This document shows, piece after piece, positions 10,901-23,700 of a stretch of 39,243 nt of DNA. Below the pieces are notes generated by a model. That model saw nothing but the letters and a program-made list of their open reading frames with translations. It had not been told where the DNA came from and ran no database searches. The stretch spans positions 18,265,159 to 18,304,401 of the forward strand of contig NC_069000.1 of assembly GCF_001194135.2 (NCBI RefSeq), written 5' to 3'. This stretch comes from Octopus bimaculoides (taxonomy: Eukaryota). The position numbers and the translations under genes are program-made. The first letter of the stretch is position 1. Each line of letters starts with the position of its first letter.

Positions 10901-13517
10901 TGCTAAGTTTCATGTAAAGATTGCAAAAAAAAAAAAAAAAAAAAAAAAGAAAATAATCATTTAAAGAAAAAACGAATTTTAATAAACAATTTAATTAACT
11001 AATAACATTTTTTGTGGCTTCTTTTTATTTTCAGCAACATTTGTGCCATCTGGTGTTGTTTGGCTGAAGATCCACAGCTTGTAACAACTATTGTTGACCA
11101 GCTGTTGGAAAATCTCCTTGCCCAGCGACCCTACGAGGAGCGAACAGATAATAAAGAATCATCCCACTATGCTTTGATTGGTCCACTTTCTGTGAGTCAT
11201 TTCTTTGACCTTTCATTGGTCCATTTTCTGTGAATCAATTTCTAGTTATCTGATTGGTCCATGTTCTAACATGCTCCCCAATTTCATTCAATCCATTTTC
11301 TGTGTATTTGTTATTCATTTGATTGATCCATTTTCTATAAATCGATTTCTAACCATTTGACTGGTTCGTTTTCCCACCAAAATTTGTGAGCTATTTCATT
11401 GATTCATTTACTATAAATGAATTTCTAGCTATTTGATTGGTCCATTTTTTTCTTTTTCTTTTTGTGATCACTTACAAGCTACTTGATCTCTGTTCTGTGT
11501 GAATCAGTTGCTACTTATTTCATTGGTTAATTTTCTTTGGAAGAATATCTTGCCTTTTGATTAGCCCAATTTCTGTGAATTAATTGCAAGTAATTTGACT
11601 TGTCCACTTTCTGTGTTAATCAAGCCTTTTAGCTTTTGATTTATCAACTTTCTAAGGCACAAAACTATTATTATCTAATTATATCCAAAATTCTATGTCA
11701 TCTCAAAAAGCCATCTTCTACACCAATCAGTTTTATTACATTGTTTCACTAAAAGCATTTATATTTTCTGTTTTGGAATTGTGACACTTGAAGCAGATAA
11801 GACTATAAATAATGGCATGTAAAAATTGGGTTTTAAAAAACTTTTGGGTAAAAAAAAAGGTTGAAGGCTATCCATGGGACTTGAACCCACATCTTCTGTA
11901 AAAACATGACAGACATTCTAACATTTCCACACTGGCAACCTTCAGCAGTTTCAATCCAAAGGCTTTTTTAACCCAATATTTACACACTATTATATATAGC
12001 TTCATCTGCTCCAAGTTTCACCATCCCAAAAAGAAATATTTCATGTTTTTTCAGTTTCTAAATTATGAAGTCAACCATGTATCTACTTTTTACTTTCCAT
12101 ATTTCAGGTCATGTGTGCATTTGAGCAGATGTTGACAGTGGCACAAACTGAAAGTGTTGTCATTGACCAATTCCACAGACTCTTCTCAGCCATGATATTG
12201 ATTGTTGGATCACTTGCCGGTGCGAAACCTCCAAGATCCACACGTGTAAGTGTGTGCCCTCTAACTTCTTGGTTTTAATTTGTAACTGATTCTATTATTT
12301 ATAATTAAAATGAAACTGAAACTAAGCTATTTACTGCATATGTTAAAAACATCTTATATAGTGGTGATACTGCTGTTGTTGTCGTTTAACCCTTGGCCAG
12401 CTTTACTGAGCAATGTTGAATTAAGTCTCTTTCCAGGCCTAATGTCTTTTCTTGACAGATTGACTGAGGAAAAGCATACATAGAATCAAGTGTACCACTC
12501 AACTAGACATCAAAGTATTTGAAGCAGATTTAAACTCATAGCCTATAGGTTAAATATATCTGGGAATACACTATCCAATGTGTCTTTCTCTGCTTTTAAG
12601 CTTGTAGGATATAGTCTAAGGGAGATTCAGTTATTATGATCAAATTCTGTTGTTCTTTAGTTGCTCCAATCAAATTAACTGGAGTTGATCTGTGACACGG
12701 AAGTAACCTTTTGAATGGTGTACGTCAGAGAAATGGCCAAATAGTTATAGTATCATGCTACGAACCCATAGATCATGAGTTCATATCTATTGCAAGTGTT
12801 TTGTTAATTAGTTAATTGAGCAGTATACTTGATTCTATATATACACTTCTGTTCAGTTTGTCAGAAATAGATACTTGACCATCTGAAAAGAGAGTTAATT
12901 CTACATTATTTTGGTTCCCCGAATTCTCAGAAAAGAGCCATTATTGATCAATTTGAGTCAGAAAAGAGAATTGGAGCCAGTATCAATGAGCTTATTTCTA
13001 TCTCAAATTAATGTTTATAATGGTTAAATGTTAACATTGAAAATATTGATTGATTAATAATTTTTTGTTCTTAATTTTTCAAACTATTTCCACAGAATGA
13101 CAATGAACCTCGGAAAACCTCTGCCCTTGGAAATATTTCATTTATTCAACCCAGCAGGTGAAAAACAACTCTTCCTTTTTTTGATGATTTCCATCAACTT
13201 TTTAAAATAATTCATTTATCACAAGCATTGGTACAAAACTACTAGAGAGAGAATTTTGGGAATCACCTCAGCACTAATACAAGACTGGTGGTATATTTAT
13301 TTCATCAAGGAAAAATACAAATGGCTCTATTGAGATCTGAACTCAACACACAGACATAAAAGACTACAATTAGGTATTTAGTCCAACACTCACTTGTATC
13401 TGCTGTTCACTGCCCTGATAATGCTTTTATGAAAGGCAAAGTTGACCACCGAGGTCAACTTCCCCTTTCAGTCTTTCAGAGTCCATAGAATATAGTACCA
13501 GCCTAGTACTGTAATTG

Positions 13518-13568
<51 letters not shown>

Positions 13569-16500
13569 TATATACATATACACATACATACATACTAGGA
13601 AGGGCATCCAGCTGTAGAAACTCTGCCAAATTTAGATTGGAGCCTGGTGTTGCCATCCGGTTTCACCAGTTCTCAGTCAAGTCGTCCAACCCATGCTAGC
13701 ATGGAAAGCGGACGTTAAACGATGATGATGATGATGATGATGATATACATACACACATACATGAAATAGCATACACATATACAACAGATCAAATGGAAAC
13801 ACTGTTTTATTTTATCAATTACTCACAAACTAATCAATCTTTTACTCAGCCATATTATACCTGTTATAATGAAATAAAGAATACCTTCACAATATTTTAT
13901 TACAGCCTCGTTGTGAAAGCTTTTGGAATGTTATTGGAGAGGGCAAACCTGAAAGACGTCACCAACTATCTACAGGAACATTCCTATTGGACGATGTTTG
14001 AAGACCCTGACAACTACCCTGAGGCCTTTACTGCACTTGCAAGGTGAGCTGCCTTTTTTATTGTTGTTGTTTAACCCCAGATCAGTTCTGATCAATTCAG
14101 ACCTATGATCAAAACCTTTTCAATCACGATTGTCCATCCATCCATCTTCTCTGCCCTCTATTCTTTGGAGGGTCATGGGAGTAGAGTTCTCAGGCATCAA
14201 GTCCACAGAGTCTACCAGAAGCAACTGTCACTAGACTTTCTGGATGGATTCCCAAGTATGACTAACTGAAACTATGGATATTATCCAATCATTTTACTTG
14301 TTTTGGTCTGCACCAAGGTCTTGTACTGGTTGGCTCAACTTGGAGAATCTGTTTTGTGACTCTTTCTTGCAACATTCTAATCACATGTCCATAACACTGG
14401 TGCTGTGATCTGTCAATGTGGAGAGATAACAGCTCAACCTGGAGAAACTCCCTGATCTCCAGGCCAAGCACCCTGTCAAGTAATGTTACTGATGAAACAG
14501 ATCAAATACCTTGCAGTATTTTTGTTCTTTCTCTTCATATTTGGAGTTCAAATCATGTTAGAATCAATTAAGGAAATGAAGTATCAGCCAAGTACTGGTA
14601 TAAGGTATTTGACTGATCTCCATCCTTCCCCTTGTATGTGTCCTTGTGTCTGAGATAGACATACTTATTAACAGGGTTTTTTATTCCTATGGTGGAGAAA
14701 GAATGTCTAAATTATAATATAAATGCCAGATTACCTTTTGTTATAGTATAAAGTACTGGGATTTACAATGCTTATGTAATGTTAATCATAAATACATTCT
14801 ATTTCAGTGCAGAGTTCAACCATGCATTGATCAATGTACTTCTCTTCAAATATAAATGCTATATTCATGTAGTGTTCATATTTCACGAGTGTTGATTAAT
14901 ACATGATTGAACTTTAATGAATACAATATAAAGTTTAAGCATGTATTCATTGATGTTCTTTTTATTGAATGTCAAAGCAATATTAATACTAAATATATGC
15001 AGAATATAAATCTGCCATTCAGTTTAAGCATGCATGCATCAATTCAGTCTAGTTTAGGCATGCAGCATGAATTTTATACCCGTTGAGAATGCCATTCAAC
15101 AATGTGATTCACTTTAAGCATGTGATTGGTGATGCTTTTCTCATGGAATGTTAAAATAATGTGAATGCCCACCACATCCAGAATGCTATGTATTAGACAA
15201 GCATGCATTCATTTCTTATTTTCCCTTATCTCTTATCTTTTGGTTCCAGTTCTGTAAATCTTGAAATTAATGCAATATTTCCAAATTGGAATTTAAAAAG
15301 CAGACTATAAACATGGTTAGCCAAGAATTTAATATTTTTAGCTAAAAGTGCCAAAAAAAATGGCCTCTATTTGGTTGCTTGACCTGCTAGAAACAACATC
15401 CAAGTTTCCTTCATATATCCTACTACTTTTAAAAGAAGGACATCTGTGTATCTAAAGTAATATAATCATGAGTACACTATACCATTGGCTAATATAGGTT
15501 GATGGTAGCTAAAATACCATTGATCAGAGATCTGCTAACTTGTGACTGATGTAAAGTTAAACAATAGCAACAATAATATCACATTTTTAGACTACACTAG
15601 AACAATAGTTTAGATTATAGATGAACAATAAAGCTTAATTCAACCTGAAGATTATTGACGAGCTGCTGAGGAAATTTCAAGCTTGGATTAATAATTACTG
15701 AGGGTTTGGAAGATCAAGACAGATTGAGTGTTAACATAATCTAAAGTAGAGGAGTAGCAAAATATCATAACGATGACCTAAAGACCTTGCAGTATCTAGT
15801 TACAAATTTCATTGGTCTGAGTTCCAATTTCACCTGGGTTGGTTTTGCTTCTCATCTCCCTGTGTTCAATAATATAGGTATCTACAAGAAATATATACCA
15901 CTGTCTGCCAAATTTACTATAGTCCCCTACCTTACAAAATTTTTAGTTTATGACGTGTGGACATGGCTGTATGGCTTAAAAGTTTGCTTCCCAACCACAT
16001 GGTTTCAGGTTCAGTCCCACTGTGTGCTACCCTGGGCAAGTGTCTTCTACTGTAGCTCCATGCTGACCAAAGCCTTGAGAATGGATTGTATATTTCAACT
16101 TTGAACTATGAACTTTCAGTTGGGGTAACCACAACAATCAGTTCTATATTGTATAACCATCACCACAACAACAATATGTGATAATGATGTAGATTATAAC
16201 AATGATGATGATGAGGAGGATGACAAATATTTACAACAAAGTTGACAATACAGACACATGTGTGGCTGTGTGAGAAAAAGCTTGCTTCCCAACCACATGG
16301 TTCCAGGTTCAGTCCCACTCTGTGACACCATGGGCAAGTACCTTGTACTATAGCCTTAGGCTGACCAAAGCCTTGTGAGTAGATTTGGTAGACAGAAACT
16401 GAAAGAAGCCTGTCATATATACGTGTGTGTGTGTGTGCCTTTGTATTTAGGTTTATCCCCCACCATCGCTTGACAACTGATGTTGGTGTGTTTACGTCCC

Positions 16501-17703
16501 CATAACTTACCAGTTTGGCAAAACAGACTGATAGAATTAGTATCAGGCTTTAAAAAAAAATAAGTACTGGGGTTGATTCATTCAACTAAAAATTCCTCAA
16601 GGCACTGCTCCAGCATGGCCACAGTCTTATGACTGAAACAAGTAAAAATAAAAGAATATACATACCTGATTAATTCAATCACTATATCATCACATACAGT
16701 AACCTAATTAGTTCAACTCTATCTTTTACAGAACTCTTTCACAAAACAACCCCAACTTTATACCTCAGATTGTTATTACTCTACACCCTGCTTTACCTAG
16801 TTATCATGAGCCCCAGAGAATAGTGACTGCTGCTTTCTATGCTGAGGTAAATCTATCTCTTATATTCTTTCTTTACTTTATTGATCTAGATGTCTTTCTT
16901 ACTGTCTCTCTGTCTTTCTCTTTGTCAACATATCTATATATATATATTGCCAATTAACCACAGGCACTATATACTTGGTCTTCACTTCAGATTTATCATT
17001 ATTCTTATTTTAATATCCTTTGTCTGAAATCTTTTGTCACATCCTTTTGTCCGCTTCAACAATTCTCCTTCTGGTGTGTCTTCTCCTGTTCTGTTCAGTC
17101 CATTCTAAACAGAACAGTAGGAGGCACATGGAATAGAGTCATTGAAGAGGTCATGGGATGTGTGATGAAAAATTTCAGACAAAGAAACTAAAATAAGAAT
17201 AATAATAAAGCTGAAATGAAGATCAAATATATAGTGTACATGTTTAATTGGCAAAATATGACCATCCCCAAGTATAACAATATATATATACTTATCTATA
17301 TATATACATATATATANNNNNNNNNNNNNNNNNNNNNNNNNNNNNNNNNNNNNNNNNNNNNNNNNNNNNNNNNNNNNNNNNNNNNNNNNNNNNNNNNNNN
17401 NNNNNNNNNNNNNNNNNNNNNNNNNNNNNNNNNNNNNNNNNNNNNNNNNNNNNNNNNNNNNNNNNNNNNNNNNNNNNNNNNNNNNNNNNNNNNNNNNNNN
17501 NNNNNNNNNNNNNNNNNNNNNNNNNNNNNNNNNNNNNNNNNNNNNNNNNNNNNNNNNNNNNNNNNNNNNNNNNNNNNNNNNNNNNNNNNNNNNNNNNNNN
17601 NNNNNNNNNNNNNNNNNNNNNNNNNNNNNNNNNNNNNNNNNNNNNNNNNNNNNNNNNNNNNNNNNNNNNNNNNNNNNNNNNNNNNNNNNNNNNNNNNNNN
17701 NNN

Positions 17704-17752
<49 letters not shown>

Positions 17753-20700
17753 TGCCTGCATAACTATCTGCCTGCTCGCTTGCCTTTCATTTAATCTGTT
17801 GATAATTTGTCAATGTTTTTATATCTATTTTTCTGTATGTTTATCTGTTGATCTGCATGTCTGTCTGACTATCTATTTCCTATCTTTGACTCCCTGTTTA
17901 TCAGTCAGTCTACTTGCCCCTATACCTCTGTCTGTATTGTTCATCTACAAGATTATCATCTAACTGTCTGTCAGACTGTTTGTATTTGTCTACATTACCA
18001 TTTATATATTTTTGTCTGTCTTCTTTCTCTTTCTATCTCTCTATATTATTGCTTCATGCACACTGTAATCCACACACACGCACACTTCAAATATTATTAC
18101 TTATTTCACACTACTCCAAATTGTCACAGTAATGAATTACAACACCATAAAATATTCACAACTCCACAATGTACCCACAACTGCACAAAATACCCTCAAT
18201 ACTACAACATACCTACAACACTACAAAATTCCCATGACACCTCAAAGTACCCACAACACTCATTTCACCCACATTAACACAGTTCTTTAACTCTTTAACA
18301 TCTAAACTGGCCATATCCGGCCTAAATATTCCACCTGTTTTATGATCAGACTAAACAGATCCAGCGTCCCACCCCTACCTTACAATGTTATTCCAAAAAT
18401 AAACAATTGCATCACTGAAATCTTGAAGCTATAACATAATGCATGATTCATTCAAAAACAATAGGAATAAATGAGCATGACATTTGACTGAGTAATCTGA
18501 ATAGTTAAGAAGGGTTAAGTAATTCTACTAATGATGAAATTTAAATATATCTAATGAAACAGTCACCATCTGATGAATCCATGTAACAAATCACTTACCC
18601 TGCCCTAGTCACAGCAACCATATCTATTCACTGACATATAAGCCAATGATGGTACCCTTATGTGGTTGATTACTTTGCTAGATGTAGTAGTCAAAACTCA
18701 AATAATACTTCATTTTAAAATATAGGAAAAGACACAGTAGATGATTTAGTTCTAGATAAATTATCTGAAACAAAACGATAGATGACCACTGTTGGAAAGG
18801 CTTTTGATCATATCTCTGCTTGATCAGAGTTGATCTAGAGCTAAACAACAGCATTCATTGCCACCTCTTTACTATATCTCACATCCCAAACATCTTGGAA
18901 GGCTTGTGAACATTATGTGCATAGCTCTTCCATCCAGACTGAACAAATTTGAGGGCTTGTGAGTGTCACAGGCATAACCCTTTCAGCCAGATCAAACCCT
19001 GTACAAAATTCCATTTCTTCCTCCCCAGAACTACAATATTATTGAATTCCTTCCCTGCCCAGAATTTTGCTGTAATCATTGACCTTACAAGTCAACATCA
19101 ACTACAAATAAACCAAACCACTTTAAGGGAGCCCTGTTTCTAGGGAGAAGGTTGAGAAGAAGGGTTAGTTTCTATGATCTTTGAAAGTTCTTTCTACCAA
19201 CATCTTGATAATAATACTATCTGAGAAGAAAAGATTTGAAAAAGTGGTTAGGGTACAGCTTGTGGATTATGGCATGACTGGACATAAGTGGAAGTAGCAT
19301 TCAGAGAAGCAGAGGCCATTATAGTTAGTTAGTTCTCTCTGTGCTATGGGGCCATAAGTCTGCAACATGATCTCTCCGACCATCTCAGTTTTCTGCCACT
19401 GTTCTGGTCTCATTCTAGCTTCTCCACCTTTCTTATCTCCTTCCCTTGTTGATGGTCCTTCACCATGTGGTTTTAGGGCACCCTGCTGCTCTTTACCCCT
19501 CAGGCTAACACTTTAGTGTCACCATACAATCACTTTCTTGATCTTTTCAGAGGACATGTCTGGTCCACTTCCAATGTCTGCATCTTATTTCATCCCCTAC
19601 CCCCATAAAAATTGAGTTGATTACAGAAACTGCAACAAATCAAAACCTACCCAATTCTGGCAAAACCATGATTATGGACAGGATAGTGACTGGAAGCAGA
19701 ATGTCACCAATGGCGCAAAACCAAAACTCATTATAGTACTAGTGATAAAAAGACAGAGTGTGGGGAAAGTATGTCTGTGGATCAGAAATTGTAGTGTGTT
19801 GGTGAGTGAGTCTTTGTTGATCAATCTGGTTATCTCTTTTTTGAAAAGGCTACAAGCATTGCTCCTCCTCCACTTCTGGAGTACTTACGTTTAAAAGATA
19901 TTGGTGGGTGTACACAATAACAACAACAATTCAATAACCTTAACTATGGAATGATAATCAAAAATTTATCTTACAATTGTTGATGTCACCAACTGTAACA
20001 CTAAATAACACCACCACCATCACCACTATTACCACCACCACTATCACCGTCACCACTATCACCACCCCACTTCTATTCTACCCCCTTCCAACACTTTTGT
20101 AAATTGTTTTTTTTTTATGTAAATTGTTCTTTTTTTTGTAAATTGTTTTTCATGTCTTAACTATATTTTTACAGCTCATCAACCAGAAATGTCCAGAGAA
20201 AACAGTTCTTATTGAATCAATTATCAATGGTTTATTGAGTCGGATGGTGGACAGCTCCCATATAGTTCGAATGTATTGTATACGAGGCCTCGGTAATATT
20301 GCCAGCATGGGTAAAGACTTAGTAAGTAGAAATAATAGTGTTGTCTCTAATTACTGAAGACATAAAGAGCATATGGTATTCTTATGTCCAATGATATAAA
20401 GATATACAATATCAATTGTGCTAAATATGGAGTTATGATAGTTTGGATGTTAAGTTATATGATGGATTTAGAGTTATGATGTATTGGATAAGAAATTATT
20501 ATTGTATCGGTGTGAAGGTTATGACATTTAGTTATGTGTTGGTTGTGGAATTATGATGTCCTGGATTTTGAATTATATTAGTTTGGATGTAGTTATAACA
20601 TGTTGGATAAAAAGTTTAGGATATGTTGCTTGCAGGTTTATGATAGTTTGGATGTGTAGTTATGATGTGTTGGATATGGAGTTATCATAATTTGAATGTG

Positions 20701-23700
20701 GAGTTATATGTTGGATGTGCAGTTATGATATGTGGAATAGGATTTATGACATAGCAGATACAGATTTATCACATATTGAATGTGGAGTTATTATGTGTTG
20801 TAAATGTTGGATATGGAGTTGTGACATTAAATGTTGGATGTAGTCTTAAGATGATGTATGTGAAGTTTTATGATGGTGAATGTGAAGCCTTAAAGTGGTG
20901 GATCTGAAGTCATGAGATGTTGGATGTGAAATCTTAAGATGTTGAATGTAAAGTTTTAAGATGTTGGTTGTAATGTCTTAAGATGTTGGTTGTAAAGTCT
21001 TAAGATGTTGGTTGTAAAGTCTTAAGATGTTGGTTGTAAAGTCTTAAGATGTTGGTTGTAAAGTCTTATGATGCTAGATGTGAAGTCTTATGTTGTTGGA
21101 TGTGAAATCTTAAGATGGTGGATGTGAAGACTTGAAGTTCAATACGGTGTTGTAAGAAGTTAGGTGTGATGTTAGGAAGTTATTAATGTAAAGTTAGGAT
21201 ACAATGAATGTGAAGTTATGAGAGGGATGTGTAGTTACAATAGGTTCGCATGTATATTATTTAGACTGAAGATATGGAGTTATGAAAGCTACCAATGACC
21301 TCACTAATATGACCTGGGAGTCTTAAGATGGTGGATGTGAAGTTTTATGATGTTGGATGTGAAGTGTTAAGGTGGTGGATCTGAAGTCACGAGATGTTGG
21401 ATGTGAAATCTTAAGATGTTGAACGTAAAGTCTTAAGATGTTGGATGCAAAATCTTAAGATGGCAGTGAGCTGGCAGAATCATTACCACGCTGGGCAAAA
21501 TGCTTAGTGACATTTTGACCATCCTTACATTCTGAGTCCAAGTTCTGCCAAGGTTGACTTTACCTTTCATCCTTTCAGGGTCGATAAAATAAGTATCAGT
21601 TGTACACTAGGGGTCAATGTAATCAACTATCCCCCTTCCCCCAAATTGCTGGCCTTGTACCAAAATTTGAAATCAATATGACTTGGGAGCTACCAGCTCA
21701 AAAGGTCAGTAGGAGGTCAGTAGTTCCCATCTTGTCACTAGTGGTATACTGTATCCAGGAATTAGCCTCTAAATTCTTAAATGTCCTGTTCAATTACCTA
21801 ATTATCAGCATGTTTTTTGTACCTGTTTGTATGGTGAAGAGGACCAGATCCCATAAATCTTTGCATACTACTTTCGTAAGTGGGATTGATGTGGTGATTG
21901 ATATTACCCAGTCAGAATATATGTGCAAATCCTTCTACCTGACAGGTAATTCTGATGTGATGTAATTGATGTTATCCTGTCTGAACATCTACACTCCCTT
22001 TTACCAGACTGGTAAGATTGATGTGACTGATGTTGCCCAGCCCAAACGTATGCAGGGAAAACTACAAATGGGGAGAGAAAGCCAAGTATTTGGTCCAAGT
22101 ACTTGAAATAAAACTACATGGTATCCACAAAGTCTGGGTACATGGAGTAAATAAAATCATAACATAAACAATTAAATATAAGAAATAATAATTTCTTAAA
22201 GTATGTGTTAATCCCCATGTACCCAGACTTTGTGGACACCCTGTATAATTGCCAAGGGCACCAAATATCAGTGATTGTGTTAAGGTGGACTTGCTACTTC
22301 ATTGAAAAACTAAAAATATAAACAGGCCTTGGTGTTTGTTATCAGGGTATCAACCTTGATAGGTTTTTCAACTGGGAAAGAAAGATAAGATAATTTGAAT
22401 AGAGATTTGTATGTAGAAATGAGGCTGAGGTTTAACATAGTAAGGATTTGTTGAAAGGGGTGGTTGGTGCATAGACATAACACATTGCTCTCTTCAAGAC
22501 TACCCAGTGTGGAGCCTTCATGTAGATACTCAACATGCTGAAATAGCCAGGAATTTCTCCTTCAACTCACACCCTACCATATGATAAAAAAACACATTGG
22601 ATTATAGATAACTAAATTACAACAGGTATATAGTCCATTTTTTGTATTATAGTGCATTGTTGTACCATTCAAAACTTTTTATTCTTTACAAACAATACAC
22701 AATGCTTCAAGCGAACTACAATACTCTCACATTGGATAATATTACTGAGGTGCCTGATTCAAGAAGAAAAGATGGTATAATAATGGCTAAATGCACCTTT
22801 GTTCATAATCCTGTTTGCTCCTTCAGGGCTGATCTGGGACTTAATAACAGCAACATCTGATTTTGGGGCGTCTTCAGCAGAGTTTACTCCACTGTAAGCA
22901 TTTATATCATCATCCACATTTCTTCCTGTAGATATTGACCTGCATATGTTTGGGCTGGGCATTGACCACCTCAGTCTAAACTACTCTGTGGAATTAAGGC
23001 CTGCAAAGGTTATGATGAAGATGGGGCTATTCCTTTACCCCAAATCAGGGGTTTTCAAACTTTTTGACTTGCGGACCCCTTTGTATTTCAGGCTTTACCT
23101 TAGGGACCCCCTTTTAAACGCTTATGAAATTTATACATAAATATTTGCTTAAAATAACATATATTTTTACATTTATTTATTTAACAGTATTTAACAAATA
23201 GGTTTATTGTCAATTAAAAGATTTCAATTAAAAAACATATATAAAATCAAATTGCCCATAAAAAGTATTTGCTCTCCACAGNNNNNNNNNNNNNNNNNNN
23301 NNNNNNNNNNNNNNNNNNNNNNNNNNNNNNNNNNNNNNNNNNNNNNNNNNNNNNNNNNNNNNNNNNNNNNNNNNNNNNNNNNNNNNNNNNNNNNNNNNNN
23401 NNNNNNNNNNNNNNNNNNNNNNNNNNNNNNNNNNNNNNNNNNNNNNNNNNNNNNNNNNNNNNNNNNNNNNNNNNNNNNNNNNNNNNNNNNNNNNNNNNNN
23501 NNNNNNNNNNNNNNNNNNNNNNNNNNNNNNNNNNNNNNNNNNNNNNNNNNNNNNNNNNNNNNNNNNNNNNNNNNNNNNNNNNNNNNNNNNNNNNNNNNNN
23601 NNNNNNNNNNNNNNNNNNNNNNNNNNNNNNNNNNNNNNNNNNNNNNNNNNNNNNNNNNNNNNNNNNNNNNNNNNNNNNNNNNNNNNNNNNNNNNNNNNNN

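Noticed and set aside
14808-14895. Candidate exon after TTCTATTTCAG (AEFNHALINVLLF...)
   Set aside because: It reaches a stop without a good donor and has no MROH1 similarity. The true next exon is 16732-16846.
14930-15210. Recurring GTTTAAGCATG motif, and a similar ~90-bp local duplication at 7621/8061
   Set aside because: These are highly decayed local duplications with no termini, coding signal or structure.
21600-21965. 121-aa ORF with a GTAAGT inside, considered as the missing exon
   Set aside because: It begins within a SINE, and no frame resembles the expected MIGGLDD/RIRPFF segment.
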